DNA of 64,000 nucleotides, taken from contig CATNEN010000024.1 in NCBI GenBank assembly GCA_950097015.1, positions 1,178,001 through 1,242,000 on the forward strand, in the 5' to 3' direction. The stretch's first letter is position 1. Every line of letters begins with the position of its first letter. The DNA is from Macrostomum hystrix. Lineage: Eukaryota; Animalia; Platyhelminthes. The notes beneath the pieces were generated by a model. That model made no database searches, was not told the DNA's origin, and was given only the letters and a program-made list of their open reading frames with translations. Shown in pieces: positions 25,501-39,100 of this stretch. The position numbers were made by a program, and so were the translations under genes.

Positions 25501-28500
25501 TAGGATCCGGCTGCCTGTACAACCTCACCGGCTTACAATTTCTCGATCTGTCCCGTAACCGTTTGAAATACTTCGAAGAGAGCAGCCTGCTGATGCAGAG
25601 ACGCAGCAGTAGCAGCGCCAGAGCTCTGCTAGCCACGGCAGGCCAGCTCGAATCGCCCGTCTGTAACTGTCGGCACGCATTCGCCCGGACCCTGGTCGAG
25701 GAGACTCGAGGAACCGGCGCGGGCGGCTTCTACTATCCCAACTGGATTGACAGGAAGGACAAATGCCGCTTCTACAGCGCCGATGTTGGCGGAGAAAGTG
25801 AGCATCTGCTCGCCCTGCTCGACGCCAGGCAGGAGAATTTCCTCTGCCGATTTGTCAACAAGTCCGAGAAGCTGCCGGCGAGGTTCTGCCCGGCGAAGTC
25901 CAACTGCTCGGCGACTTGCCTTCACGGCTGCACCTGCTACAGAAGCCGCAGCTGGCACCGGGTTAGCCTGCAGTGCCGCGGCTCCCGGACGGCGAATCCG
26001 GCCGACGGTCCACCGGTGAACCTGCCCGCCGGCCGGGTGGACCTGTCCGGCCTGCCGTCCGGCCGGCTGACGCACCTTTCGCGACAGTCGCTTCGCTGGT
26101 CGTCGGCCGACATGTCGGCGCCGCTGACTGACCTGATGCTGAACTCCAGCGGCGTGGTGACTGTGGATTCGGACGCTTTGAGCTTCAATCAGAGCATCGG
26201 GCAGCTGTGGCTGCAGAACAACAGCCTGGCGGGACTGGATCCGGATGTATTCAACAGCCTGGCCAGTGTCAGGTCTGTGGCGCATGGAGCTCGTGCTGTA
26301 GTTAAATAAATAGTCAAATGTTTTATTTAATAAAGCATTCTTTAAATTATATTTTACTTTATTATTAGCTTGTAAATAATTATTATTGATTTTGATTAAT
26401 ATAACATTTTTGCGTTGCAAGAAACTGGATGAGACGGAACAGTCCAAACTATAATGATTAAATAATCAAATAATTAACCTACTATTATTTTTAAACGAAT
26501 TTATTGAGAATTTTATATTAGTTAGTGAGTACACATCTAATCCAAATTGATTCATAGTTACTTAACAACTGGATATTGCTATGTAATATCGGTAATCGGT
26601 ATATTTGACAAAGAATACTTTTAATTGTATCAGCAGTAAAAGAAAATTGTCATTTCAAAAGTAATTTACACAATTTGTCACACTGCAGAACATAATTGCT
26701 AAATGAAATAACTCAATAAAAGTATACTATAATATAATATACGAGTACATATTTTATAATATTTTATAACATAATTTAAGTTTGTTGTGCAAAATTCTAA
26801 CTAACTATTTATGACATCAATTTTGTTTATCTAACCTAGTTTATACTGATTATACTGATTTATACAATAAAGTAACAATGATGTGTATTTCATTTGCTAC
26901 TTTTTGTGAATACTAATAGTAGTAAAATAAGTTTATTTCCCATTATATTTTATCTTATGTAAAATATCTTATCGATTTTTTTTCAGTTTACTCTACTTGT
27001 TATCACTTTCAAAGTACACTACGGCTATAAATGTAATATTGTGTATTTAGATTAATATTTGCACCCGACAGTTTCATGTCTTGGTTGCAATGAATTGGTT
27101 AATGAGCATGCAGTGATTAAGGAAAATCAAAACACTACTTTCACCCACAAGGTCCGTCTGGCTGTCAGGCAATCCCTGGCGGTGCTCGTGCGACACCGAC
27201 TGGATGACCCTGCACGCTTACCTGAACAGAACGGCCACCGGAGACCAGATTGTGGCCGATTTCACCAGCATGACCTGCACCTTCGCAGACAGCTTCCTGC
27301 TCGACTATAAAAAGTATCGTTTAGCGTCGGCTGACAACAGTCTGGACGACGCCGCCACTGCCCGGCTGTATTATTTGAACGACGGCGGAAGACTGCTGAC
27401 GGTGTGCGACCGGATGCCGAAGTTCTGGCAGCGTCGGTGGCAGCAGCTGGTTGAGTTTGTCACGCTCGCCATAGGAGTTGGCCTGCTAGTCAGTCTAACC
27501 TGGAGGCTGCTGCAACTGCGGCACACGCTGATGCTGCGGCTTAGGCTGCGTCTGCTGCTGCGCGGAGGCGGCTGGCGCTACGGCCAGTCCGTTGAGGAGG
27601 CCATTCACCGGGTGGAGAAGTGAGCTCGGAGAATTCTGGCATTTTGTTCGATTGATTTAGTTTTACCCAAATCTAACTGCACAGTCTGTGGTGTCTCGCT
27701 TAGCAGGACATGGACAGAAGGTTTGGGGGCTTGTCATTCAATTTCACCCATGAGGGCCAACCTCCCAAAAGCACATTGACAATTGACGGTGTATGCATGC
27801 CAAGAAAGTCACCGTGTGTGTTTGCGTGCAATTATGTGCACGTATATCACTCAGCAGCTATTATTATTCTCTATTAAACTATTACTTACCTTAATCTCAT
27901 CGTTGGACACGACCAGCTTCGACCTCGTCCTGTGGTCTGTGGTCGCTGATCAGGAACGCCTAGCGGAGGTGGCCTCCGCCCTGAGCGGCATAGCCGGGGA
28001 CACCTTGGACATCTGCGTGCACTGCCACGGTGGCCGCCCGGCCGATCCGCTGCCAGCCGGCTTTCTACTCTGCGACTCGGCCGAGGACGCGGTTCAGCTG
28101 AGCGCCTGTATCGTCGTGCTGATGTCTGACACCTTCTGGAGCCGTCAGCGAACCGAACTGCGGCGCCAAGTGAGCCTGCGGCACCCCGGTCGCCAGTTCT
28201 GGACGCTTCGGTTGCCCGACAATGCGACCGATCGCTCCGTGCGCACTGTGACAGCCGAGGCCGGACTTCGGCATCTCGCCAACATGGCCGACAGCGATTG
28301 GCGTCAGCGTCTGGCTACCGAGGTTCTACGGCCGCGGGGCAGCCTTCTGCGGCTGGCCGGCCAGCGGTTGGGCCTGGTGACGCCGCTGATACCGAAGCCG
28401 ACTAAGGCAGAGCTTGTTCAGCCAGGTGAGAGAGATGCTTGTGAGTAGTCATGCTTTTGTACATATTGATAATGCAATGGTACATTTTTGGTGACACTAG

Positions 28501-29353
28501 ACCCGCAGCCAGCGAGGAAGCGATTCTGCCCATTTCGCTGACTCTTGGCCCTCAAGATCGTAAATTGAACGACACGTCCTGCGCCCCAAATGAATGTGGT
28601 CTCGCCGCGAAATCGAACTCAGGGAGCTTGCCCTATGTTCATAATGTGGAGCTAATCATTTTCGAAACTGCCGCTCTCCTGACTAATGTGACCGTTTTAT
28701 AGTACAATCAGGCCCCAAACCTCCGATTCCATGCAGTCAGCAGCGACTGGCCTCCTTTTGGCGCACCGGACGGCGATTGCGCTGACATTTTCGTGCTCTG
28801 CTGGCCGGCCGCCGACTGTCCGGACACGTCGGCCGCAGTTCGCTTGGTGAACAGCTGTCTGGCGCCGGACACCCGAGCGGCGATCAACTCGCGCAGGTCG
28901 TCAGTGTCACCGCCTTCTAATTGGCTACTTGTCGACCTGTCCATGTCAAACATTCCGCCAAGAACTCTTCTTCGTCGTTATCGTCAGTTGGTTGTCATAG
29001 CAACTGAATCTATGCTTGCATGGCTCCGAATTGAACGACCCGATCTGCTGGCTGAACTCGAAATCCTGCTGATGGGAAGTCGCCGATTTCGCCGTCGAGT
29101 CATCGTAGCCGGAGTTGGGCAAATCGATCGTCGAGATCGGCTTAGGCTGAGGCATCTGGCTGACTCCTCGCTACCAGCTGATGAGTTGGGAAACTTCTCC
29201 TATTCAGATACTGGCGAAGGGGTCTGCTCTGATTGGATGGAAGCTGTGCTGTACAGGCGCCAGTCAATAATAGAAGATTATGAGGATAACGAAGGAATTG
29301 AAGATGATGCCATTGCTGTGGATGGAGAATTTATTTTCAGAGACTTTTGCTAA
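22586..29353 (+). CDS. Toll-like receptor, multi-cysteine-cluster type (signal peptide, LRRs, LRRCT/LRRNT, LRRs, LRRCT, TM, TIR, second TIR-like domain). Exons 22586-22976, 23261-23621, 24332-24917, 25233-26272, 27152-27619, 27917-28425, ~28737-29353
   Basis: Signal peptide; canonical LRRs (LDLSGNRL, LNLSRNSI, LDLSRNLI, LHLQHNRI, LNLDDNLL, LSLQRNRL, LLLNDNNI, LDLSRNRL, LWLQNNSL); internal Cys cluster CNC...C...CSATCLHGCTCYRSRSWHRVSLQC; LRRCT LSGNPWRCSCD; TM FVTLAIGVGLLVSLTW; TIR box FDLVLWS...DICVHCH...SACIVVLMSDTFW. Junctions are phase compatible; the last acceptor is less certain. Confidence 0.82.
23630..23900 (+). mobile_element. SINE family B copy in TLR intron 2
   Basis: gagctcgattc B-box; body ccacattaaattggggcgcagccgcggagagaaggcttgggggcttgtcg...atgggcagaa...gcaggtctagtg is shared with 27690-27850, 28490-28640, 52680-52955 and 59250-59500. 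Confidence 0.75.
27690..27850 (+). mobile_element. SINE family B fragment in TLR intron 5
   Basis: agaaggtttgggggcttgtc...aggggccaacctcc matches the 23700-23760 segment. Confidence 0.6.
28490..28640 (-). mobile_element. SINE family B, internally deleted copy, TLR intron 6
   Basis: cactagacccgcagccagcgaggaagcgattctgcccatttcgctgact and gcgccccaaatgaatgtggtctcgccgcg are reverse complements of the two ends of the 23630-23900 copy. Confidence 0.7.
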
Positions 29354-30173
29354 GTAATATTATCCCACGTTAAAAGAACTTAAAACGAAGATTTGAAGAT
29401 TTAACTTTGACATGTTTTGCAGCCATGGATTTGTGTCTGTGACTGTAATATCCTCAACTGTATTAATTTTCACATTTCTCGGATTTAGTTCACAAAAAGG
29501 CTCACAAGCATTGAATTGTTCTGACCTTGAACGATCGCTGTTCTGCCAGTGACAGAATGAATGTACATTGATGGGTGTGCAGCCACCCCTCATTCGCAGG
29601 CTATAATCGATTTTTCTCGCGCGCGCGAACGGAAAAGTAAAAAAATTCCGCCGCAGGGCTGGATTCGACGACCTTTAATCTAAGAGGCGTTCTTTCGGTC
29701 ACGTGCAGCGCGCCCCACCCCACTCCGCTTTAAACAAAACGATGAATTGAACAGGCGATTTCACAAAGTTCATTCCCTACCTTATCGTGTGCTTCCTAAT
29801 ACAGCACATATGTAGCACACTGCTTTGTTTGTCCGAAGTTATGGCAATATATTAATTTTATTTAAATTAAAACATCTTAATGACTATGATAAACGAGCAA
29901 ATTTAACAATGAAGAAGAAATGAAACAATGAAACCATGCCAATGTGTTTGTAAACTTTGCGAAAAAAAAGATGGCGACTAGAAAATGATTACCAAATGAA
30001 AATGAAAAAAATTATCGATTTCTACATATACAGTGGTCTCAATTCTCAAAGGCGGACTGACAAATCAGGAAGATTTATTTTCTTAGAAATATGGTATTCC
30101 TGGCTAAGTTCCCCCCAGTTAAGCTTTAAATTGGTGCGGGACAATCAAGCAGAATGATACTCTGTACAATGCC

Positions 30174-33100
30174 TCAGCCAAGCTCAGTGCAGGCCGCGCG
30201 GACATCTCTCAGATAATTTCTAACGGCGCTTTCATCGTGTAACTCGCTACAACGAGAGGACGACTCGACATCGTCGGATGCGGCCTCAGCGGCTGTGGTG
30301 TCTGTTAGCAAAGACTTCTGCTTCTGCTGCTGCTGCTTCTGATGCCTGACGACAACGCTGGCATCCCGTCTCAAGGCGTAGAGCTTTTGGTATGTCGCAG
30401 GACTGGCGTCTGACTGCTGCTCGGACAACGGCAAAGGCGGCAAAGGCGGCGGCTGTGGATCGTCAAACGGACACGGCAGGCCGCCCCGCTGGCCGGAATC
30501 CAACTTTGGCGCCGTTGGTCGGCGGGTCATGAGATCGCTGCTCAGCCGGTCAAGGTGGCTCAGCTTTGCCTGTGCGTCGCGAATTATTCGCCAACTTTCT
30601 CCGCCGCCGCTTAGCATCGACATCAACGGAGTCTGCGGGCTTGTCGGCGCTGCTGCCGACGAAGCTGCACCTCGGTCGACTTTGTAGGGCATCGGCGGCG
30701 ACTTCACCAAAGCCAGATGGCTTGGCGGTGGCGGCACCGGCGGCTGCGTCGCGCCATTCAACCCGGAGATGCTCGGCGTAGATCGCGACTCCGGAATGCG
30801 ACTGCCAGCTGGCCGTCGAAAAGCCGGCGGATTCAGCAGCGAATTCGCCGTCCCAGCCTGCTCTGTCGGCGCCTCCTCCCGATCGGAGGCCTCCGAAATC
30901 TGGTCTAGAAGGAGGCGGCTGACAGCAGCCGGCGGCATTGACGATGTCATTGACGCCAACGCGACGGAGACGGGAGGTGGCGGCGGCGGAGGCGGCAGCG
31001 TAGTAGTTGGAGGCTGCGGCTGCTTCGTCACCTGAGCGTAGACGTCCTCCGTTAAAGTCGGCGACGAGGCCCGAATGACTGGTGCGGCTGAGCCGACACT
31101 CTTTCGCAGGCTGGTGGATCTTCTGGGCGGCACCGGGGCGACGCCGCCGCCGCTGCTGCTGGAATTGCGCGACCGATTGAGCACCCCGCCGGTGGCAGTA
31201 GATGCCGCGGCCGCGGCAGCTACGGCAGACATTGTTGGAGGAGGCGGCAGAGGCAGCAAGTGCAACGGCTGATGGTCTGAGTCCTCGAATCTGGTGCCAT
31301 TTTAGGATTGAATAAAATGATTCTAGAATCCCATTACACTCAGTGTGGGAGATTAGAATCCCATTACACTCAGTGTGGGAGATTAGAATCCCATTACCCT
31401 CAGTGTGGGAGATTAGAATCCCATTACACTCAGTGTGGGAGATTAGAATCCCATTACCCTCAGTGTGGGAGATTAGAATCCCATTACACTCAGTGTGGGA
31501 GATTAGAATCCCATTACACTCAGTGTGGGAGATTAGAATCCCATTACCCTCAGTGTGGGAGATTAGAATCCCATTACCCTCAGTGTGGGAGATTAGAATC
31601 CCATTACACTCAGTGTGGGAGATTAGAATCCCATTACACTCAGTGTGGGAGATTAGAATCCCATTACACTCAGTGTGGGAGTTTAGAATCTCATAGTATT
31701 AGAATTCCATAATCTGAGAATCCCATAATCTGAGAATCCCAAGATCTGAGAATCCCATAATCTTATGCTGATTTCGTGTGAGAGTTGAGAATGGCTTAAA
31801 TCAATGCAGCAGCCAAGTTGAGCTCACTTGAGTTCAAGCGCGGAATCCTTTGATGTCGCCGACCCGGACAGCTGCTTGTTGAACGCCCGCGAGTCCTGGG
31901 TGCGATTGCTGGACGCAGACGAACCGCTCCAGTTTCCTGTGAAAATTAAAACGCATTTAATATTACTTAAATCATTGTGCGAGTAGTTTAAGTCGCCCAG
32001 TCGCCCAAACTATGTGCTAAAATAGTTTAACAATGTGCCCACAATGATAAATTTGAATGCTTCAAACTTTAAGTGCCAAAAGTCATGATGTACAGCAGTT
32101 ATGTGTGTAAGTGTATCGGGTGTATGGGGTGTGTGTGTTGTGGAGGCTAAAGTGTGACTAAGGGGTTAGAAGCTGCATGCTGGGGACAATTCCCAAGAGT
32201 GACGTCAGTGACTGTACAGCAACAGCACTAGCCTAGCAGTTAGGCAGTTGATTATATGGCTTCTGTAAAGATTATTACTAAACGACTTAGAGCAGCCATC
32301 AACTTTATAGAGGATACTAAACCAGTCTAAACCAGTTTTTTACCATTCGAAGTCCACTAATTTTGAAAAGAACTTTTCAAGCAACGAGACTACTATCCTG
32401 ATAATTGAGTTATCCCAACTCCTAGCTTAATTAGAACAGGGATCACAACAATACTAAGATTATACTCGGCTAACAAAACTCTACTAATGTAGGAGGTATT
32501 GACGAACTAATCAAATAGAAATCTATTCTATTCCAAATTAACTACAATGGGATAGCGTGCAGTTCTACCGTACTAAAGTGCGGGATTTTAAAGACCTCAA
32601 GCTGCCAGATGGGGCCAATAAGCATAATTGGGATTGGAAGCTTGGTTTGTACTAGGTTTTTTTTCTTCCACGAAATCGCTCTTCAAAAAGAAATTGCTAA
32701 CGTTACCCACCAAGTTACTCACAAATCATCTGCTTTCTTCATGCGGAAGGTTTTTATTTATAAACTTGCTAAGTTCATTCACATAATTATTCATCTGATT
32801 AAAACAAGCTGATAATCCTCTGATACTGTCCTGATAATTCTCTATCCCAATAATAATATATATAATATCCCGACAACCTTATGGTGCTATCCCGATAACC
32901 TTATGATCCCGATAACCTTATGATACTATCCCGACAACCTTATGATACTATCCCGATAACCTTATGGTGCTATCCCGACAACCTTATGATACTATCCCGA
33001 TAACCTTATGATACTATCCCGACAACCTTATGATACTATCCCGACAACCTTATGGTGCTATCCCGATAACCTTATGATACTATCCCGACAACCTTAAGAT

Positions 33101-36100
33101 ACTATCCCGACAACCTTATGGTGCTATCCCGACAACCTTATGATACTATCCCGACAACCTTATGGTGCTATCCCGATAACCTTATGATACTATCCCGACA
33201 ACCTTAAGATACTATCCCGACAACCTTATGGTGCTATCCCGATAACCTTATGATACTATCCCGACAACCTTATGGTGCTATCCCGATAACCTTAAGATAC
33301 TATCCCGACAACCTTATGGTGCTATCCCGATAACCTTATGATACCATCCCGACAACCTTATGATACTATCCCGACAACCTTAAGATACTATCCCGATAAC
33401 CTTATGATACTATCCCGATAACCTTATGGTGCTATCCCGATAACCTTATGGTGCTATCCCGATAACCTTATGATACTATCCCGATAACCTTATGGTGCTA
33501 TCCCGATAACCTTATGATACTATCCCGATAACCTTATGATACTATCCCGACAACCTTATGATACTATCCCGATAATCCTCTGAGACTACCCCGATAATCC
33601 TCTGATACTATCCCGATAATCCTCTGATAATATCCCGATAATCCTCTGAGACTACCCCGATAATCCTCTGATACTATCCCGATAATCCTGTGATACTATC
33701 CCCATAATCCTCTGATACTATCCCGATAATCCTCTGATACTATCCCGATAATCCTCTGATACTATCCCGATAATCCTCTGATACTATCCCGATAATCCTG
33801 TGATACTATCCCCATAATCCTCTGATACTATCCCGATAATCCTCTGATACTATCCCGATAATCCTCTGATACTATCCCGATAATCCTCTGATACTATCCC
33901 GATAATCCTCTGATACTATCCCGATAATCCTCTGATACTATCCCGATAATCCTCTGATACTATCCCGATAATCCTCTGATACTATCCCGATAATCCTGTG
34001 ATACTATCCCCATAATCCTCTGATACTATCCCGATAATCCTCTGATACTATCCCGATAATCCTCTGATACTATCCCGATAATCCTCTGATACTATCCCGA
34101 TAATCCTGTGATACTATCCCCATAATCCTCTGATACTATCCCGATAATCCTCTGATACTATCCCGATAATCCTCTGATACTATCCCGATAATCCTCTGAT
34201 ACTATCCCGATAATCCTCTGATACTATCCCGATAATCCTCTGATACTATCCCGATAATCCTCTGATACTATCCCGATAATCCTCTGATACTATCCCGATA
34301 ATCCTGTGATACTATCCCCATAATCCTCTGATACTATCCCGATAATCCTCTGATACTATCCCGATAATCCTCTGATACTATACCGATAATCCTCTGATAC
34401 TATCCCGATTATCTTTACATTTATTTCAGTTCATCATCAGCAGAGAATTAGCTTCTCCCAGTCTTGGATGTCACTCTAAGACCATATTCTTCAGTCTATT
34501 AGAATTACAAACTAACAATGACACACTAACACTGATGTCTCATTTCACCACACGATGTACATTGCATTTGGCTTACTCACGGCCCATAGCCGCCTCACTC
34601 CCAAACCCTCCCAACATCGATATTCCCCAAGATCCCCTCCCAGAATATCCCCCGAAAGCTCAGCGCGGGGTTGCCGAGAGGAGGATGGAGAATAGTTTAA
34701 AAGCTGCGTGGGAGGTTTAGGGAGGATCTGGCGATTGCATCATCAGCTCGCATCGCCTCTCTACCCCTATAAGGGGAAAAACTAGCAAGAAAGGGAAACG
34801 GGGTTGAGAGGGGATTTTCTGCCAGGGCGATGCGAAACCTCTCCCAACCTCCCACCTCCGTAGCCCCCCAGCTCTGCTTCGTCGACAACTTCCAAATCAC
34901 ATCTTCAAAATTTCTCCATTTTCTTTTCTCTCTTTCTTTCGCGAAATATCGTTTCGCCTATAGGATAGCCTGACAAGACCGCTGTATACCTGGCGCGGCT
35001 TGGAAAGAAAAAAAGGGAAGCATAGAACGACTGACGAAGTGGTAGCCGTTCATTATATTATTCATAAATACTAACTGCACGGTGCGTCTTGGAAAAATTG
35101 GTCCACATTCAATCAATGCTGGTAGCTTGTAGTCAGTTAGAAGTTTATTAAAAAACGTACTTTACTTTCCTTATTGTTTAAAACTGGAATCCTAGGAAAT
35201 TGAAAACCCCCAATAATTGAGAATCTTACGACATTCTAGAATCCCTTAGAATTGGGAATCAAATGAGATTCGAAAATACCATAGAATTGGGAATCAAATG
35301 AGATTCGAAAATACCATAGAATTGGGAATCAAATGAGATTCGAAAATACCATAGAATTGGGAATCAAATGAGATTCGAAAATACCATAGAATTGGGAATC
35401 AAATGAGATTCTAAAATACCATAGAATTGGGAATCAAATGAGATTCGAAAATACCATAGAATTGGGAATCAAATGAGATTCGAAAATACCATAGAATTGG
35501 GAATCAAATGAGATTCGAAAATACCATAGAATTGGGAATCAAATGAGATTCGAAAATACCATAGAATTGGGAATCAAATGAGATTCGAAAATATCATAGA
35601 ATTGGGAATCAAATGAGATTCGAAAATACCATAGAATTGGGAATCAAATGAGATTCGAAAATACCATAGAATTGGGAATCAAATGAGATTCTAAAATACC
35701 ATAGAATTGGGAATCAAATGAGATTCGAAAATACCATAGAATTGGGAATCAAATGAGATTCGAAAATACCACAGAATTGGGAATCAAATGAGATTCGAAA
35801 ATACCAAAAAGTTGAGAATCCTACGACGTTCTAAAATCCCATAGAATTGGGAATCCTTCGTGATTCTAACATTCCTGATAATTCGAAATCCTTCTGAATG
35901 AAAAAATCCCAGGAAATACAAATTCATACGAGATCGAAAAATCCCAGAAAATAGCTAAAGATACGAACTATTGCATGCACATGCCTGTCAGTTATGTAAA
36001 TTACGCTAGGAAGGTACTGTTCCTTCTGCTTGACTCCAGCATGTACCCCTAGTGACACATCTATCGCTAGACAAGAGTGTCTGCTTTTTTGGTAATCATC

Positions 36101-39100
36101 ACTTCCCAAATGTTCAGTCCGGGCATGCCATCGCATAAACAGGTTCCCAAAGAGAGGGAGGGACCGGGAGGCAAATATCTTGGACATGTGGCGCCCTCTT
36201 CGTCACTTTGCAGAAACAAAAAATTATCCTACGAAGTCCGGACCCCAGCAACGGCCCCCTTATCTATCCCCCCCTAACCCACAGAAAGTCGTGGGGCTGG
36301 GGATGTAGGAGAAAAAAAACTGGGGATCAATCGAAGAGGATCACGCACGAACACGCAGAATGAGTCAGTGTCAGACTAGCCCAGTAAACAGTCAGCTAGT
36401 ACCGCTAGGACATCTACACCTCGACTTTTCCAGCAGTTAAAATTCTCATTAAAACTGGGGCTGCAGTTATTTGAAACGGACATTCGGACACGCGGTGCGG
36501 AGACTAAGTAACTTTAGTTAGGCCTGGGCGTGGCTATATTCAACCTGCGTGTGCGTGTGCGGTTCGTTATTCTCCAACATCTTCTGCTTCGCTTGTCACA
36601 GGGCGTGGGCTGGGGATGGGCTGGGGGGCGTTTCTGTACTGCTGTCCGGCCGGCGGTCTCTTGGGCAACTCCTAAAGGGTAAATGAAGGTGAGGAGAGCG
36701 AATGATATGATAGGATTGCTGACTGAGATGAGGATAGAGAACATAATAAATGAGAGGAAGGGGGAGGAGAGAAAGACGGGGGAGAGGAAGGCTGGGGGAT
36801 AAGAAGGTGGAGGAGAGGAAGGTAGAGGAGAAGGAGGTAGAGGTGATGAAGGCGGGGGAGAAGAAGGTAGAGGTGATGAAGGCGGGGGAGAGGAAGGTAG
36901 AGGTGATGAAGGCGGGGAGAGGAAGGTAGAGGTGATGAAGGCGGGGGTAAGGAAGGTAGAGGTGATGAAGGCGGGGAGAGGAAGGTAGAGGTGATGAAGG
37001 CGGGGGTAAGGAAGGTAGAGGTGATGAAGGCGGGGAGAGGAAGGTAGAGGTGATGAAGGCGGGGGTAAGGAAGGTAGAGGTGATGAAGGCGGGGAGAGGA
37101 AGGTAGAGGTGATGAAGGCGGGGGAGAAGAAGGTAGAGGTGATGAAGGCGGGGGAGAGGAAGGTAGAGGTGATGAAGGCGGGGAGAGGAAGGTAGAGGTG
37201 ATGAAGGCGGGGAGAGGAAGGTAGAGGTGATGAAGGCGGGGGTAAGGAAGGTAGAGGTGATGAAGGCGGGGAGAGGAAGGTAGAGGTGATGAAGGCGGGG
37301 AGAGGAAGGTAGAGGTGATGAAGGCGGGGAGAGGAAGGTAGAGGTGATGAAGGCGGGGAGAGGAAGGTAGAGGTGATGAAGGCGGGGAGAGGAAGGTAGA
37401 GGTGATAAAGGCGGGGAGAGGAAGGTAGAGGTGATGAAGGCGGGGAGAGGAAGGTAGAGGTGATGAAGGCGGGGAGAGGAAGGTGGAGGTGATGAAGGCG
37501 GGGAGAGGAAGGTAGAGGTGATGAAGGCGGGGAGAGGAAGGTGGAGGTGATGAAGGCGGGGAGAGGAAGGTAGAGGTGATGAAGGCGGGGAGAGGAAGGT
37601 AGAGGTGATGAAGGCGGGGAGAGGAAGGTAGAGGTGATGAAGGCGGGGAGAGGAAGGTAGAGGTGATGAAGGCGGGGAGAGGAAGGTAGAGGTGATGAAG
37701 GCGGGGGAGAGGAAGGTAGAGGTGATAAAGGCGGGGGGAGAGGAGATAAAAAATAGATAGAGAAAAGACTGAGGAGAATGAGGTGTAGGCAAGTTGCTCT
37801 TCAAAAAATTGGTTGCTAAGAAGGTTAATCGAGAAATTTCCGAATCGCAGCAAAGGTGAAAGTGCCGCAGGATTTCAGAAATCCTTAAATGAATAATAAA
37901 GAGAGGCAAGATCGAAGCCAAAAAAGCAGCCAAAAAATCCGACCGCATCAGCACGGCACCCTTGGACACTCATCGCTCGTTGTTCCAAGTAAATGCCAAG
38001 TGAGAGTGAGCGAGTGAGCGAGTGAGCGATGGCTGGATGCGGAGCCCTGGGGTATGTTAGGAAGAGGATCGACAAGACAGATTGCAACTGTCGCGCCGGC
38101 GAGGGGCGGAGGGGAGGTCTAAAATAAACATTGCCGATTTCGGAGGCAATCGAGCTTCTCTCTGGAGTCTGGGATCTGGGATCTGTGTGCGGAACTCGCT
38201 GACAATTCCCCCCCACCTCCTCAAGCCCGAAGTCGTCAGCGGGATCTGGGATGTTTCTTCTGGCACACCAGAAGAGGAAGGGCAGTGGAAAAAGTTTACA
38301 CTTTTCGGACAGTCTTTTGCTGGTTCGAAAATGGCGAAGTCTAGCCATAGCGGTTTGAACAGATCGCTACATTTCTGGCTCGTTAATTATTGAATCTAGC
38401 ATCGATTCTTGTCTTCTGCGTTGCTTACGGGGGGTTGAAACTGCTTCCAAAATTGCTTGGCGACATTTCTGTTTTATGGCTCGGGCTGCTAGCCGTGGAA
38501 ACTATGAAAGATCGAAAAAAATTGTCACAATTTTACTAGTATTAGCATAATAGTTAGCATAATCTAGTCCATTTTTAATTCTAATGCTCCCCATACGAGC
38601 TACAAATGCCCATGCAGTAAAAAAACTTCTACAGCTGACTACAGCCAAATACAGTCAAATACAATCCAGTAAAGAAAAATGCAGTAAAGTACATTCAAAT
38701 ACAGCTAAAACAAAAAAAAATGCTGTCGACTACAGGCTGTTACAGCCAAACACAGCCAGGTACAGTCAGGCATTGCTCACCACTCGACAGTCGCTGTTGA
38801 AGCCGGAGTTCGCGCGCCTCCCGGCTTGTCGCCGACTGCTGCCTGGCGCAGCCAATCGCCGCGACTTCGACGGAAACGCAGGCCGCCTCAGTGGCGGCGC
38901 CTGCGACGGCGGCAGCAGCAACTGGCGCGGCTGCAGAGAAGCCGGCGTCGCCAGGCGCCTCCTGGGGATGACGCCGTGCGCAGCTCCGGCGAAGAGTGAC
39001 GGAAGCGCCCTGAGCCAGCTGGCAGAGCATCTGGTTGAGCTTGGCGTGGTCCTCTGCGCCTAGAAACTGCTGCTGCGGCTGTGCCGAGAGCCTCCCAGCT

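Noticed and set aside
34430-38500. Unique GC-moderate intronic segments as an LTR or nested transposon
   Set aside because: No terminal repeats, TSD or RT/transposase motifs were visible; possibly regulatory DNA, but unsupported.
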